Positions 42,869-55,511 of a stretch of DNA of 64,000 nt are shown here, in pieces. The stretch comes from Octopus vulgaris. Its lineage: Eukaryota. Positions within the stretch are counted from its first letter, which is position 1. The number at the start of each line of letters is the position of its first letter. The notes under the pieces are model-generated. The model worked only from the letters and a program-made list of their open reading frames with translations. It did not search any database and was not told the DNA's origin. A program made the position numbers and the translations under genes. The stretch spans positions 70,990,001 to 71,054,000 of the forward strand of contig OX597821.1 in NCBI GenBank assembly GCA_951406725.2. Reading direction: 5' to 3'.

Positions 42869-44195
42869 TCTCTCTCTCGCTCTGTGTGTGTATATATATA
42901 TATATATATATGTATGTATATGTATATACTTGAGGTGAGCAATCCCACTATAATTCATTTGATGGGTAAATCCTGGGTTCACTTCACTGGACGAGAAATA
43001 TTTTCAAGAGTGTAAATTCAAGACAATTCCAATGAATCTGTGAACAGACGCTGAATAAAGCTGCAGAGTTGAAAATAGCCAGATGCACATGTAATTGCTT
43101 CTTCTCTATGCAACAGAAACACGTGTTGGTCATAATTAAACCAAAATACACTGCTTAATTGACTGCAGCAATAAAACAAATAGGCAGATAGACTAATCTC
43201 CCTGTTCATGGTAATTGTCTTTACATAGATATATATTCTTTCATTCTTTTACTTGTTTCAGTCGTCTGACTGCGGCCATGCTGGAGCACTGCCTTAAAGA
43301 GTTTTAATCAAAGAAATCTACCTCAGGACTTATTCTTTGTAAACCTAGTACTTATTCTATTGGTCTCTTTTGCTGAACCGCTAAGTTATGGAGACGTAAA
43401 GACACCACCATCAGTTGTCAAGCGATATTGGAGGGACAAACAGACACAGAATCATACACACATACATACATACACATTATATATATATATATGCACACAA
43501 CAGGCTTCTTTCAGTTTCCATCTACCAAATCCACTCACAAGGGTTTGGTCAGCCTGAGGCTGTAGTAGAAGATACTTGCCCAAGGTGCAATGCAGTGGGA
43601 CTGAACCCAGAACCATGTGGATGGTAAGAAAGCTACTTACCACACAACCACTCCTGTGCCTAATTTGCATACACTCTAAAAGTTTCTCCATGTCCCTATA
43701 CATCATATAACATCCTGGCCTCATCTTCCAGCTTCATATAACCATGTGTTATGTATGTACATCTCATATATCTTTGTAAACCCGTTTTATAACATGAGTG
43801 GGCCCTAGTGGAAAAATAAAAGGACCATTATTGCTAACAGCCAAAAACATTCAAATTATGAAGAGTGTAGTTGGCATTTGATGTAAGAGTTGGTTGCTAT
43901 TTCTAGCACAATGAGTTATCTTGCATAGGTTGTCTGTGATGATGACAATGATAATGATTGATAACAATCATGATGGAGGTGGCTGTAGTGTTGTTTAACC
44001 CTGAGTCATACCTGAATGACTAAAGGTCGTGAATCAATGACAACGTATTCTATATTTTCTTTGCTTTTTTACAATGGAAAGAGTGCTGCTTGAGGGAGAT
44101 TTGGGTGTTATTCCTAGCAGATCAAGCAACCATGATGAAGCTCCTTCAAAGTTTCATGAAGATAGATAAAAAAAACTTACTCAATAGAAAATTTT

Positions 44196-44201
44196 TTTAT
44201 T
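44196..44201 (-). terminator. Candidate poly(A) signal AATAAA of ZNG1
   Basis: First AATAAA on the minus strand after the stop codon, about 80 nt downstream. Confidence 0.4.
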
Positions 44202-44282
44202 CTTTCTTCATTTTTACGTGTGTGTGTGGTGTGTGTGTGTGTGTATGTGTATGTGTGTGTAAAATTTACAAGAAATTCAGTT

Positions 44283-44350
44283 TTAATGTTTGTCTTTGGC
44301 TACAAATGTCAGAAGATTCTTCTGGAGAATATCTTTGTCCAAATGTCGAC
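44283..44350 (-). CDS. ZNG1: ZNG1/CBWD last coding exon: (G)RHLDKDILQKNLLTFVAKDKH*
   Basis: T-tract-GCAG acceptor, phase 1. Matches human GRNLDKDILK. TAA stop at 44283-44285. Confidence 0.93.
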
Positions 44351-44939
44351 CTGCAAAAAAAAAAATTGCTTTGTTAATGATGAAAGCAACAAAAACTGCA
44401 TGAATAAAAATAAAATAAAAATGAACACACACACACACACACATTGGTATCATCCTCATCATCCTCATTTAACGTCTGATTTCCACGCTGGCATGGTTTC
44501 GATGGTTTAGCAGGATCTGGTGCGCCCAAGAACTGCATCATGCTGCACCATCTGTATTGGCATGATTTCTACAGCTGGGTCCCCATCTTATCATTAAATC
44601 CTTTACAACATACCCTGGTTGCCTCTTCCCCTATCAACAGCACTAGTGAGGTTGCTAGGCAGCTTGCAAGATTATGAACCCCAAGGGAGCAACTTTATGC
44701 TTGGAGATAAGAAACAGGGAGGGGAGAAGTATAACAGAAAAAGGCCAGAGCAGAACAGGTTTCTTGTTGTAAAGAAGCTGCATGACAACTGAATTTTAGA
44801 AGGGGTTGGGCATGATTGGATGGAGTTTTGGAAAGTGATAGAACAGCACTGGAACTGGTGCCACATAAAAAGCACTGGTGTCAGGCAGTGGGACTGAACC
44901 AGAAACCAAGTGATTGGGAAAGGAACTTCTTAACCATAC

Positions 44940-44988
<49 letters not shown>

Positions 44989-45116
44989 TGAGAGAGTGCG
45001 TGTGTGTGAGTGTGTGCATAGACAGGCATGAAATGGGTTGTATATATACATGGTGCACCTCGCCACATAAAAAGCAAAACAAACATGTAACTGGTTAATT
45101 TCATGCCATTCAATTA

Positions 45117-45649
45117 CTGTAAATCCTCGAGTATATTCCGCTCATGAGTATAATATGCAGGGGATTTTTAGGGGGCTGTACCTCTGAAAAACCTAAACCT
45201 TGTCTATAACACACACCCCTTCTCTAACTTGGGTCGTGCATAATTAAGCCAGCAGCACCTAGTCGAACAAGCACTTCCGCGCATGCGTAATACAATAATG
45301 GTGATGTTCTTAACTGTTATATGGGAATGTAAATATGTTTGCAAATTGTTTTTGTTACATGTTATTCTGTGTTCTGAATACTTTTATTTTAATAAATGTT
45401 GCTTACTGCAAGTTATGGATTATTCTTTTATGACTTCATTGCTTTCAGGCTTACCTTAAGGTATTTTCATGCCCGACATCACGGAATGCATCTGAATAAA
45501 CATTACCAGACAGCAAATAGAGACTCGGACATTGCTTAGAAAATATTTTCATATTTAACCTCGTATATAATACGCACTGTAATATAGCTAAGTGATTTTG
45601 GCCTTTAAATTTTTTGGGGGAAATGCAGATTATACTCGAGGATTTACAC
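45117..45649. mobile_element. pogo/Tigger-like MITE in the last ZNG1 intron
   Basis: TIRs tgtaaatcctcgagtata / tatactcgaggatttaca, flanked by TA. Confidence 0.8.
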
Positions 45650-45717
45650 TAATCAATTCATGACTAATTAAAACAAACCACTCAATGACAACAACAACAA
45701 CAAAAACATCTACTTAC

Positions 45718-45844
45718 CAATAAAGACGAACCTGCAGCACTTGTTGTCGGTGTCAGTCCATTCAGTAGTTTGTTGAAAGTCAAATAATTCATGAACAGAT
45801 TGGAGAATAACCCTCCTTGGGTTGTCAGCCAGAAACAGAAGAGC
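45718..45844 (-). CDS. ZNG1: ZNG1/CBWD exon, phase 0-1: ALLFLADNPRRVILQSVHELFDFQQTTEWTDTDNKCCRFVFI(G)
   Basis: cttccctttag acceptor and TTG|GTAAGT donor, 127 nt. Matches human VIVQGVHELYD...W...RLVLIG. Confidence 0.95.
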
Positions 45845-46194
45845 CTAAAGGGAAGAACACAAGACAAAACCAAATTCATTTAGAAGGTCATTCTCTCTTT
45901 ACAGTTTCAATTCCAATAGTCATAGTGTGTGTGTGTGTGTGTGTGTGTACAAACAGATACAGAGTTTCAAAACAGATTTCATACATACATACATACATGT
46001 ATGGTGTGGATTCAATTCCCACATGTACTAATTCTCATTTTTTTCCATCGGGGCTTTATATACCCTATTATTAAACTATCTTCTATAACCAACAAACGGT
46101 GCATGCTTATGATTATAAGATTTGTTATTGTCACCGTTTCTTAACTTATGCAGAGTACACACACATTTACACACTTACCACTATGAAACCATAG

Positions 46195-46228
<34 letters not shown>

Positions 46229-46229
46229 T

Positions 46230-46638
46230 ATATAAAATAAAATACAAAATGGGACAAGAGCGCAAGACATCCGGACAACTAGGTGATACAAAAAGGGACA
46301 ACAAAACAGCCAGATAAACAATACAAAAAAAAACATGGACGGGTCATTTGAAGCCTTTTATCTTCAGTCAAGAACCGGATCATCCTCGCAATTTTGGCTG
46401 ATTAATCTTGAGATTGCTCCAATTTGGCCAGCCCCAAAGAAAAACTAAGCTAAGAACATTAGATTCCCTGGAAAAAGCAACGAATGTATACAAAACAAGG
46501 ATGGAAAAACATACGTTACACGGATATAAAGACAAATTACAATAAAAAACAATAATAATAATAACAGGACATAACAACAGGCGTCTTTCGACTGGGAATG
46601 AATTGAATTCAGATGGCGTGTATGGAAGTTAAACATTT
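46230..46638 (-). mobile_element. Probable Penelope-like 3' fragment between (TA)n tracts
   Basis: T-rich tail and a GGCUG...CAGCC-AAAA stem remnant; no intact hammerhead core. Confidence 0.35.
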
Positions 46639-46967
46639 ATATATATATATATATATATATATACCTATGGAGTGTTACAAGCAGGCCCTTGTAGCCAGTG
46701 GGTTTAAGGGCCGCAAAACCTACATGCCCAACTTTGCCACCAGAATTTGATCATAAGAGTGTTTAGAGTTCCATGCCAGCAGGTTCACATTTGTGATGCT
46801 GGTTGTGTTGTGATGTATTTGTTTGCCTTTGATTGTGTATGAGAGAGAGGGAGGAGGGGAGAGACAGACAGACAGACAGACAGAGGAAAGAGAGAGAGAG
46901 AGAGAGAGTGGCACACAGTGTAAAAAGGAAAGAAGGAAACAGTTCTTATTTCAAGTATTAAACTCAC

Positions 46968-47102
46968 TTTCATCCTGAAGACCTCCATCGGATTCCCGGC
47001 AGCATCACAAATGGTTTTCTCCCAAAGAAGGTTCTGAAGGAATTGCTCCACATCCGATTTGGTCACAGACTCCATGATGTCAAAGGTCACAGTTGTTATT
47101 GA
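46968..47102 (-). CDS. ZNG1: ZNG1/CBWD exon, phase 0-0: SITTVTFDIMESVTKSDVEQFLQNLLWEKTICDAAGNPMEVFRMK (CobW_C domain)
   Basis: aattttcag acceptor and AAA|GTGAGT donor, 135 nt. Matches human SIVTITF...FIQNLLWEK...MEVIRLK. Confidence 0.95.
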
Positions 47103-47941
47103 CTGAAAATTGAACAAAAACATCCATGAGCAATTAATGTTGTTCTTCTTCTTCTTGTTATGCTGAGCACTTATCTATAAGCAAGTAAATCTATGGTCAA
47201 ATACATTCCAGCCATGACTATTCCATCTTTGTTTCATGTGTAGTATATCTCGGATTATAATAACCAATGTTCTCTTCTATTTTTTAAGATGGTAGAGTGT
47301 AATGTAAGGGAATTTAGCAGCTATTACTAGCAAGACAAGCAACCACGTTGACTTTTCTTTGGTGGTTCAAATGAATGGAGGAAATCGTTTTCAAAACTGT
47401 TTCACACACTCACACACACACATACTCACACACATACACATACACAGAGCTTTAAAAATAATGTTGGATATCAACCAAAAATAGAATTGGTAATTTCTGC
47501 AAGTCACATTGCCTCAACAAACTTTGACACAGAAAAACTTTCAAAAAGGCATGTAAAAAGCACCCACTACACTCTCGGAGTAGTTGGCATTAGGAAGGGC
47601 ATCCAGCTGTAGAAACCTTGCTTGCCAGATCAGATTGGAGCCTTGTACAGCCTTCTGGCTTGCCAGCCCTCAGTCAAAATGTCCAACCCATGCCAGCATG
47701 GAAAGCAAACGTTAAAGGGAGGAAGAGGAGCAGGAGGGGAGGAGGAGCAGGAGGAAGCAAAAGATAAATTGGTAATTAAACTGCTTTCTGCAATTAAGAG
47801 TAATGAAAGTTTGAGTGGATGTATTTGATTGCCACTGCAAAAAAGGTCAAACAATTTTTGTACATATGTAAGAGAGATTATGTAACGGGTGGATCCTTTG
47901 AAAGGTAATGTGGGGCCAGACTATACACAACAGTTTCTCAC

Positions 47942-48002
47942 CTGATCAAGATGTGGATTGTGGGACACAAAGAGTTTTTGTTTCTTAAAATTATCTTCAG
48001 AG
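47942..48002 (-). CDS. ZNG1: ZNG1/CBWD exon, phase 2-0: SEDNFKKQKLFVSHNPHLDQ
   Basis: tctcttttctag acceptor and CAG|GTGAGA donor, 61 nt. Ends in the conserved PHLDQ, and phases match both neighbours. Confidence 0.88.
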
Positions 48003-48994
48003 CTAGAAAAGAGATTAAAATATCAAATTAAGAAAATTTGTTAGAAATTAATGTTTGAGTTTCATTATCTACCTATCTATCAATGTATTTATCTATCTAT
48101 CTATTTACCTATCTGTGAGCTTCTCCCTCATTAGCACACACACACACACACACAGTAACATGCACACACACACACATACATATTTGTTCATTCCTGTTCC
48201 AGTGGCATGTAAAGAGCATCATCTGAGCATGGTTGATGCCAGTGCTGCCTGACGGGCCCCCATGCTGGCAGCACATAAAAAGCATCATTCAAGCATGGTT
48301 GTTGCCAGTGCCACCTGACTGGCTCCTGTACCAATGGCACATAAAAAGCATCCACTACACTCTCGGATTGGCTGGTGTTAGGAAGAGCATCCAGCTGTAG
48401 AAACATTGCCAGATCAGATTGGAGCCTGGTGCAGCCATCTGGCTTGCCAATACTCAGTCAAACCGTCCAGCTTATGCCAGCATGGAAAGCAGATGATGAT
48501 GATGATGAAGACCAGCAATTTTGATGAGAGAGAGTTTGTTAATATCACTGACCTCAGTCTTTGAGCCTTACTTTATTTTATCAATCCTGAAAGGGTGAAA
48601 TGCACGGTGGACCTCTACAGAATTTGAATTCAGAACATAAAGAACGGGAGCAAACAGAATAAAGTTTTGTTTTTTTTAGGCTCAAATAATTCTCTCAATG
48701 CACGGTCCTTAATCAGAGCAAATAAAGTCCAACTTAATATAATTAGCTTTGTTAAAGAAAAAATTTTTCTTTTTCCTTTCTTTACTTTGTCCTGCAAGTT
48801 ACTCGGCAACCTCACTAGTGCTGGTGCCATGGAAAAAGCATCCAGTACACAATGTAAAGTGGTTGGCGTTAAGAAGGGTTTCCCAGCCATAGAAGCCATG
48901 GCAGAAACTGACATTTGGGACCTGATGCAACTCTGCCACTCATCAGACTCTGTCAAATCATTCAACTCATTCCATCATCTAAAACAGATGTTAA

Positions 48995-49025
48995 ATGATG
49001 ATGATGATGGTGGTGATGATGATGG

Positions 49026-49063
<38 letters not shown>

Positions 49064-49085
49064 GTGAGGATGATGGTGAGGATGG

Positions 49086-49116
<31 letters not shown>

Positions 49117-49390
49117 GATGATGGTGAGGATGGTGATGACGACGATGATGATGATGGTGATGGTGATGATGGTGATGATGATGACGATGATGATGGTGAT
49201 GATGGTGATGATGATGGTGATGATGGTGAGGATGGTGATGATGACAATGATGATGATGGTGATGATGATGATGATGGTGAGGATGGTGATGATGATGATG
49301 ATGACGATGATGGTGATGATGATGGTGATGATGATGATGATGGTGATGATGGCGATGATGATGATGATGGTGATGACGGCGATGATGATG
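48995..49390. repeat. Compound (GAT/GGT)n microsatellite in a ZNG1 intron
   Basis: Directly visible; it generates the poly-D/M/S/I ORFs. Confidence 0.95.
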
Positions 49391-49581
49391 AAATGTGCCT
49401 CCAATATAAAAATAATAACATCATTCAAGAATTGTGGCATCAAAAGTAATTTGATTCATAGTATCAAAGCAAAAAAGAAGGAAAAAAAGATAGAAGCAGC
49501 CTCCCACCCCTAATCCAGGGTACTTCAGTCACACAGTTTATGAGGTAAAGCAGCCAAAAGTCTCATTTCGTTACAACTCAC

Positions 49582-49641
49582 CTGGAAACGGTTCCTGAGG
49601 CATTGTACGCATTGAGATCAAACACAACATCCAAGTGAACC
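49582..49641 (-). CDS. ZNG1: ZNG1/CBWD (COBW-domain Zn chaperone GTPase) internal exon, phase 2-2: (x)VHLDVVFDLNAYNASGTVS(S)
   Basis: ttttgatttcag acceptor and AG|GTGAGT donor, 60 nt. Resembles human CBWD1 RVDLSNVLDLHAFDS (recalled sequence). Confidence 0.85.
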
Positions 49642-51239
49642 CTGAAATCAAAACAAGGACAAAAGAATATGAGATAAAAACAAAATTTCTTTTCAAGTGG
49701 TATGGATGAGGGGTGGGTGAAATGAGGGTGATGGTGGTTGGGATGGGGTGGGGAGGTAGTCATTGATTGTTTGCAAACATTGCAGGTGCTGGGGTGGATA
49801 AGAGATGGAGGGTTTGAAGAACAGAGGAAGGAAGGAAGGAAGGAAGGAAGGAAGGAAGGTGGTAAAGGGGTGGGCAGGAATGTGAGGGGTAGCAGCAAAT
49901 ACGGAACTTGACATGATACAAATATATACGTGTATGCATCCACCCCAGCCCAGCCTCTATCACCACCTGCCACTTCAATATGGTACCCTTCCTGACCCAA
50001 GCTACATTTCATCTTCCTGTTGCATCTCGTCCATCAATTTCCCCAACTTCTATAAATTTGCCCTCTCTCTAAAAGTAGCCCTCCTTTGCTTTTGTACCAG
50101 TTGATGATACTACAACACTAGTTATTATCTATTACACCACCTCCTATGCGTGACCAGCATGTGTGGCATTGGGCATTTCAGTCCCTCCACAACTATCTCC
50201 GATGGTCAATCTGCAATCCCTGTCTTCATACTCTTAAATCACTATTTCAATTATACAACTTGAGTGTCTGGGGCCCTTTATTTCAGTTGGTCCTTCCCTC
50301 TTTCTCTTTTGATGTCTTTCTTCTTAATGTTGGGGAGGATGTGTATGTCCCTAAGGTGGCAAGCTGGCAGAGTCATTAGCACGCTGGGCGAAATGCGTGG
50401 CCATATTTCGTCAGTGCTTACGTTCTGAGTTCAAATTCTGCCGAGGTCGACTTTGCCTTTCATCCTTTCGGGGTCAATAAATTAAGTACTAGTTACGCAC
50501 TGGAGTCGATGTAATCAACTTAATCCTTTTGTCTGTCCTTGTTTGTCCCCTCTATGTTTAGCCCTTTGTGGGTAGTGAAGAATTCGATGTGTGTGTCCCT
50601 ATCATTCCACACTTCTTAGCAAAAAATGTCCTCATTTCTAATCGACTGCTGCCATGTTTTATAATGCACAACATCTCACAACCTCTGGGCCTCTTGCAGC
50701 TTGCTCCTGGGTAAACCTTTACCTTTCATCTTCCTTCATTAAAGATCAGCATTTGAGGAACAGATACAAACAAAATGATGGCTTGGATGCTGGGGGTGGG
50801 GCATGGGCTCAGCCAGGGAGAAAGGTACCAAGAGCCAGCAGCAGCAACAGCTGATGGCAATGATGGTGGTGGTGGTGGTTGTTGTTGTTGTAGTGGTGGT
50901 GGTGGTGGTGGTGGTGGAGAAGATGATGATGACAAAACAAGAAGAGGAGAAGATGATGATGATGATGATATTGACAATGGCAGTAACAAAAACTTACACG
51001 GCAGAATGGAATTGGTAGTTAAAGTGAATAATGAGAAATTGGTTGAGAGAAAAGAATACAGGAGTTGACAGAATGAATGAAAATAATGGGTGTTGGTGTA
51101 TTCTAAGTGGCATGGATTGGCTTACAGGGTTGGCAGCAGGAAAAGTAAACAATACAATACAGTGGGTGTGTGTGTGAGTGTGGATGTACACACATATATA
51201 TATATACACACATATATATATATATATGTGATAATGATG

Positions 51240-51292
<53 letters not shown>

Positions 51293-51480
51293 GAGGAAGG
51301 CACTTTACGCCTACACACAACACACAAATATATACACACACACACACACAAGTATATATATACACACACACACATATATATATATATACACACACACAAA
51401 TATACATATGTATATCCTTGTTGCTTATTTTGATTATATATACATATATACAGACACACACACAAATATATATATATACT

Positions 51481-51515
<35 letters not shown>

Positions 51516-51516
51516 G

Positions 51517-53390
51517 AAAGGGTGCTAATTGAAGAGAATGAATGGGAGAAAGAGAGTCTGCCGAATGTCGACCCGACAGAGGAACCAGCTATCCGAATCA
51601 AGAGTACCTTGGTAGATAAAGCAATTAAGGGTATGAAGACAGAGAAAGCCCCAGGCCCATCAGGGATCACCTCAGAGATGCTTAAAATATCTAGCGGTGT
51701 TGGCTGTAGTCTAGTCACCTGTATAGTCAATCAGGTGATACATGAAGGAGTCATACCCAATGACTGGTGTAGAAGCACCATAGTCAACTGCTACAAAGGT
51801 AAAGATGATGCATTAGATACAAATAATTACAGAGGTAACAAGCTGTAGGATCAGGGAATGAAGGTCATGGAGAGGGTCATAGCCCAACTAATTAGGAAGG
51901 GTGTTGGTTTAGATGAGATGCAGTTTGGGTTTGTGCCAGAGAAAAGCACCACTGATGCTATATTTCTGTTAAGACAGCTGCAGGAGAAATACCTAGACAA
52001 AGATAAACCCCTGTACCTGGCTTTCGTTGACATGGAGAAAACCTTTGATAGGTTCCCCAATCCTTATATGGTGGTCAATGCCGAAACTAGGGATAGATGA
52101 GTGTTTAATGAGAGCTGTACAAGCCATGTACAGGAAGGCTGTCAGTAAGGTAAGGGTTGGCAATGAGTACAGTGAAGAATTCCAGATAGAGGTAGGGATC
52201 CACCAAGGATCAGTCCTCAGTCCCCTCTTATTTATCATAGTCCTCCAGGCAATAACAGAGGAGTTCAAAACAGGATGCCCCTGGGAGCTCCTCTATGCTG
52301 ATGACCTTGCTCTAATTGCTGAGGCACTATCAGAACTAGAGAAGTTTCAGGTGTGGAAACAAGGATTAGAATCGAAGGGCTTTAAAGTCAACCTAGCTAA
52401 AACCAAAGTCTTAATAAGTCGGAAGGCAGACAAACCACAAATCCCTTCAGGTAGATGGCCCTGTTCGATCTGTAGAAAAGGCATAGGTAAAAACTCCATA
52501 AGATGTACCCAGTGTAAGCTATGGACACATAAGAGGTGCAGTAATATCAAAGGAAGGTGAACTGGGAAGATAGTTTTTGTGTGTGGCTAATATGCTCAAG
52601 AGCAATAAACACTGAAAATGTGCAGAAAACAGCTTCCGTCACATTCCAGTGGGGAAAACTACAAGTAGTTGATAGCTTCTGTTACCTAGGTTACCAACTC
52701 AGTAGTGGGGTTGGATGCCCTGAAAGTGTGGCTGCTAGAATAAGAATAGCCTGGGCAAAGGTCAGAGAGCTCCTACCTCTGCTGGTGACAAAGGGCTTCT
52801 CGCTCAGAGTAAAAGGTAGACTGTATGACACGTGTACGAACAGCTATGCTACATGGCAGTGAAAACATGGGCTGTGACTGCTAAGGACATACATAAGCTT
52901 GCAAGGAATGAAGCCAGTATTCTCCACTGGATGTGTAATGTCAGTGTACATACATGACAGAGTGTAAGCGCCCTGAGGGACAAGTTGGACATAAGAAGCA
53001 TCAGATGTGGTGAGACGACTGTGCTGGTATGGTCATGTGACGAGAATGGATGAGGGCAGTTGTGTGAAAAAGTGTCACACCCTAGCAGTAGAGGGAACCT
53101 GTGGAAGAAGTAGACCCAGGAAGACCTGGGATGAGGTGGTGAAGCATGACCTTCGAATATTGAGCCTCACAGAGTCAATGACAAGTAACCGAGACCTTTG
53201 GAGATATGCTGTGCTTGAGAAGACCTGGCAAGCCAAGTGAGATTGTAACTGTGGCCTATGCCAGTGCAGCATAACCAGCCCATTTAAGAGTACCCTTCAA
53301 TCATTGGGCAATAAATGCGCTTGCAAAGACCTGTTGAGTCAAGTGAAGTCAATGTCATGGCCAATGACAGTACCGCCTGATTGGCACCTG
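51517..53390 (+). mobile_element. RTE/BovB-like LINE (RT with frameshifts) in the ZNG1 intron
   Basis: KAPGPSGI, QFGFVP, FVDMEK, HQGSVLSPLLF, LYADDL, CxxC insert, RPRKTW. Confidence 0.92.
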
Positions 53391-53587
53391 GTTGACAGCT
53401 GGTGTGTGTGTGTTTACATCCATATAACTTAGCAGTTCTGCAAAAGAGTCTGATAGAAGAAGAACCAAATACATAGATACATTCATATGTATATGAATGT
53501 AACTATATATAGTGCGGAAAATTCCAACAATTTAAAATGGATTGAGTGAATATGAACACTGACCTTTGAAGTCTGTTTATCTCTTTC

Positions 53588-53627
<40 letters not shown>

Positions 53628-53632
<5 letters not shown>

Positions 53633-53788
53633 ACAATTAATTGGTTGTCATAATAAAGCTCAGAATTTTGGATACTGGGCTGAAGTCTGCTCCGCCATCC
53701 CATCAGAACTGATGAGATGCCAGAGCAGACTTCCTCTCCTGTATCCAAAACTCTGAGTCTTATTATGACAACCAACTCATTGTCACAT
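53628..53788. mobile_element. Fold-back pLTR-like fragment with a decayed hammerhead
   Basis: Arms about 53628-53706 / 53709-53788. The right arm reads CUGAUGA-GAUGC...GUAUC-C-AAAA-CUCUGAG-UC (GAAA mutated). Confidence 0.6.
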
Positions 53789-53863
53789 ATATTTATAGAT
53801 AAATTCCTCTATTATACATAATATCGTGGTCTCATTCATTCTTTTGTTGTCATATTATTATTA

Positions 53864-53895
<32 letters not shown>

Positions 53896-54102
53896 CTTTA
53901 TTTTAAGCAGCAGAAAATTCAACAAAATCTGTTACTCTGAGTTTCTCGTTGCTGTTCATCCTGTCTGATGAACGGCAACGAGAAACTCAGAGTAACAGAT
54001 TTTGTTGAATTTTCTGCTGCTTAAAATAAAGCATATTACTCTACCACTGGTATTTGAGTACTCTTTTTTCCACCTTGTTTCACATTTATGTGTTTACTCC
54101 GG

Positions 54103-54103
<1 letters not shown>
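53896..54103 (+). mobile_element. Penelope-like pLTR fragment with a 65-bp fold-back (53896-53960 / 53967-54031) in (TA)n
   Basis: Near-perfect inverted repeat with a 6-nt loop, containing the hammerhead and flanked by (TA)n. Confidence 0.75.
53961..53998 (+). ncRNA. Minimal type I hammerhead ribozyme
   Basis: CUGU-CUGAUGA-ACG(GCAA)CGA-GAAA-CUCAGAG-UA-ACAG. GNRA-capped stem II with an A.A mismatch at its base. Confidence 0.72.
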
Positions 54104-54144
<41 letters not shown>

Positions 54145-54158
54145 GATATATATGTAGA

Positions 54159-54348
54159 TGAAGGGTGCTGAAAATTTCTTGGTTTTAAGGTTATCGCAAA
54201 AGGCCTAGCTGGAGGCCCAGCCTTCCAAGTTCTGTTACAGGGCTTGGAAAATCTGAAGGGCCACTGCAATAAGTGTGTGAAATCATAATTAACTGGTCCA
54301 CCTCTATTTTCTTTTACCCAAAGCCAGGAACTTTTCAGCACCCTCTCA
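54159..54348. mobile_element. Short mariner-derived MITE
   Basis: TIRs agggtgctgaaaa / ttttcagcaccct. Confidence 0.65.
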
Positions 54349-55332
54349 TGTGTCTGTGTGTGTCTGCATGTGTGTGTACATACACACAGGTGGGAAAGAA
54401 AGTAACAGAGAGAAAAAAAGAGAGAGTTAAAAAAGAAAGAAAGAAAGAAAGAGTGAGGAGGAGTAATCCAAATATAGAAGATGTGAAGGGGCAAAAAGTT
54501 AAAATAGCTGAATGTGAAGCCACTCCACCACCGCCACCATCTCACCTGCCACTCAACCACAATCACAACAACAACAATAATAGTTAATAATAATAAACAC
54601 ATCTTGGAGCTCCAAACATGTGACAAGCTGCAGTTAAGTGTGGTTTGTTAAGACAAAAAGCATAGGTACCCCAGGGTGGGCATAAAAGAAACAAACCAAG
54701 AAACACATACACACACAGCAAGGCAACACAAAACACACGAACACACACACACACCATAAACAACAGCTGACTTCTCTCTCTCTCAGTAGTTGATCTATCA
54801 TCATCATTACCATCATCATCAAAACTCCTACCACTTACCCAATGGAGGCGACCACCATCATCATCATCATCACAAATGGCACAACCACCACCACCACCAC
54901 CACAACTACAACATTTATCAACATCATCATCATCATCATCATCCCAGCTAACATAGCAACTACCATCATGATCCTAACCACCACTACCATCATCATCATC
55001 ATCATCATCACAACCACCATCACCACCAACAGCAACAACACCACTTCTGGTCGTGATGGCATTTGTGATAATACAAGAACCCTCTTCAACCATCACCATA
55101 GCTAATATCATCACCTCCACAAACAACCCAAAGCCGTAGTACCACCACAACTACCACCACTACTGCAATTAATGCCACCCCAGCCATCATCCCCCCACCA
55201 CCATACCCACCCACCCACCACCACCACACTGTTCCACAGTTTCTTTTAGCAATGATGTTTGCATGTCAGAGACATTTTAAAACAGCAAATATTAGTTTTA
55301 CCAATTTTCACACACACACATGGGTATGTATT

Positions 55333-55372
<40 letters not shown>

Positions 55373-55424
55373 CAATATATATATATATATATATATACAT
55401 ACAAATATATATATATATATATAC

Positions 55425-55511
<87 letters not shown>

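Noticed and set aside
48667-49513. 260-aa poly-Asp ORF and overlapping poly-Met/Ser/Ile ORFs
   Set aside because: (GAT/GGT)n tail of an RTE 3' fragment inside a ZNG1 intron; the repeat is open in several frames on both strands.
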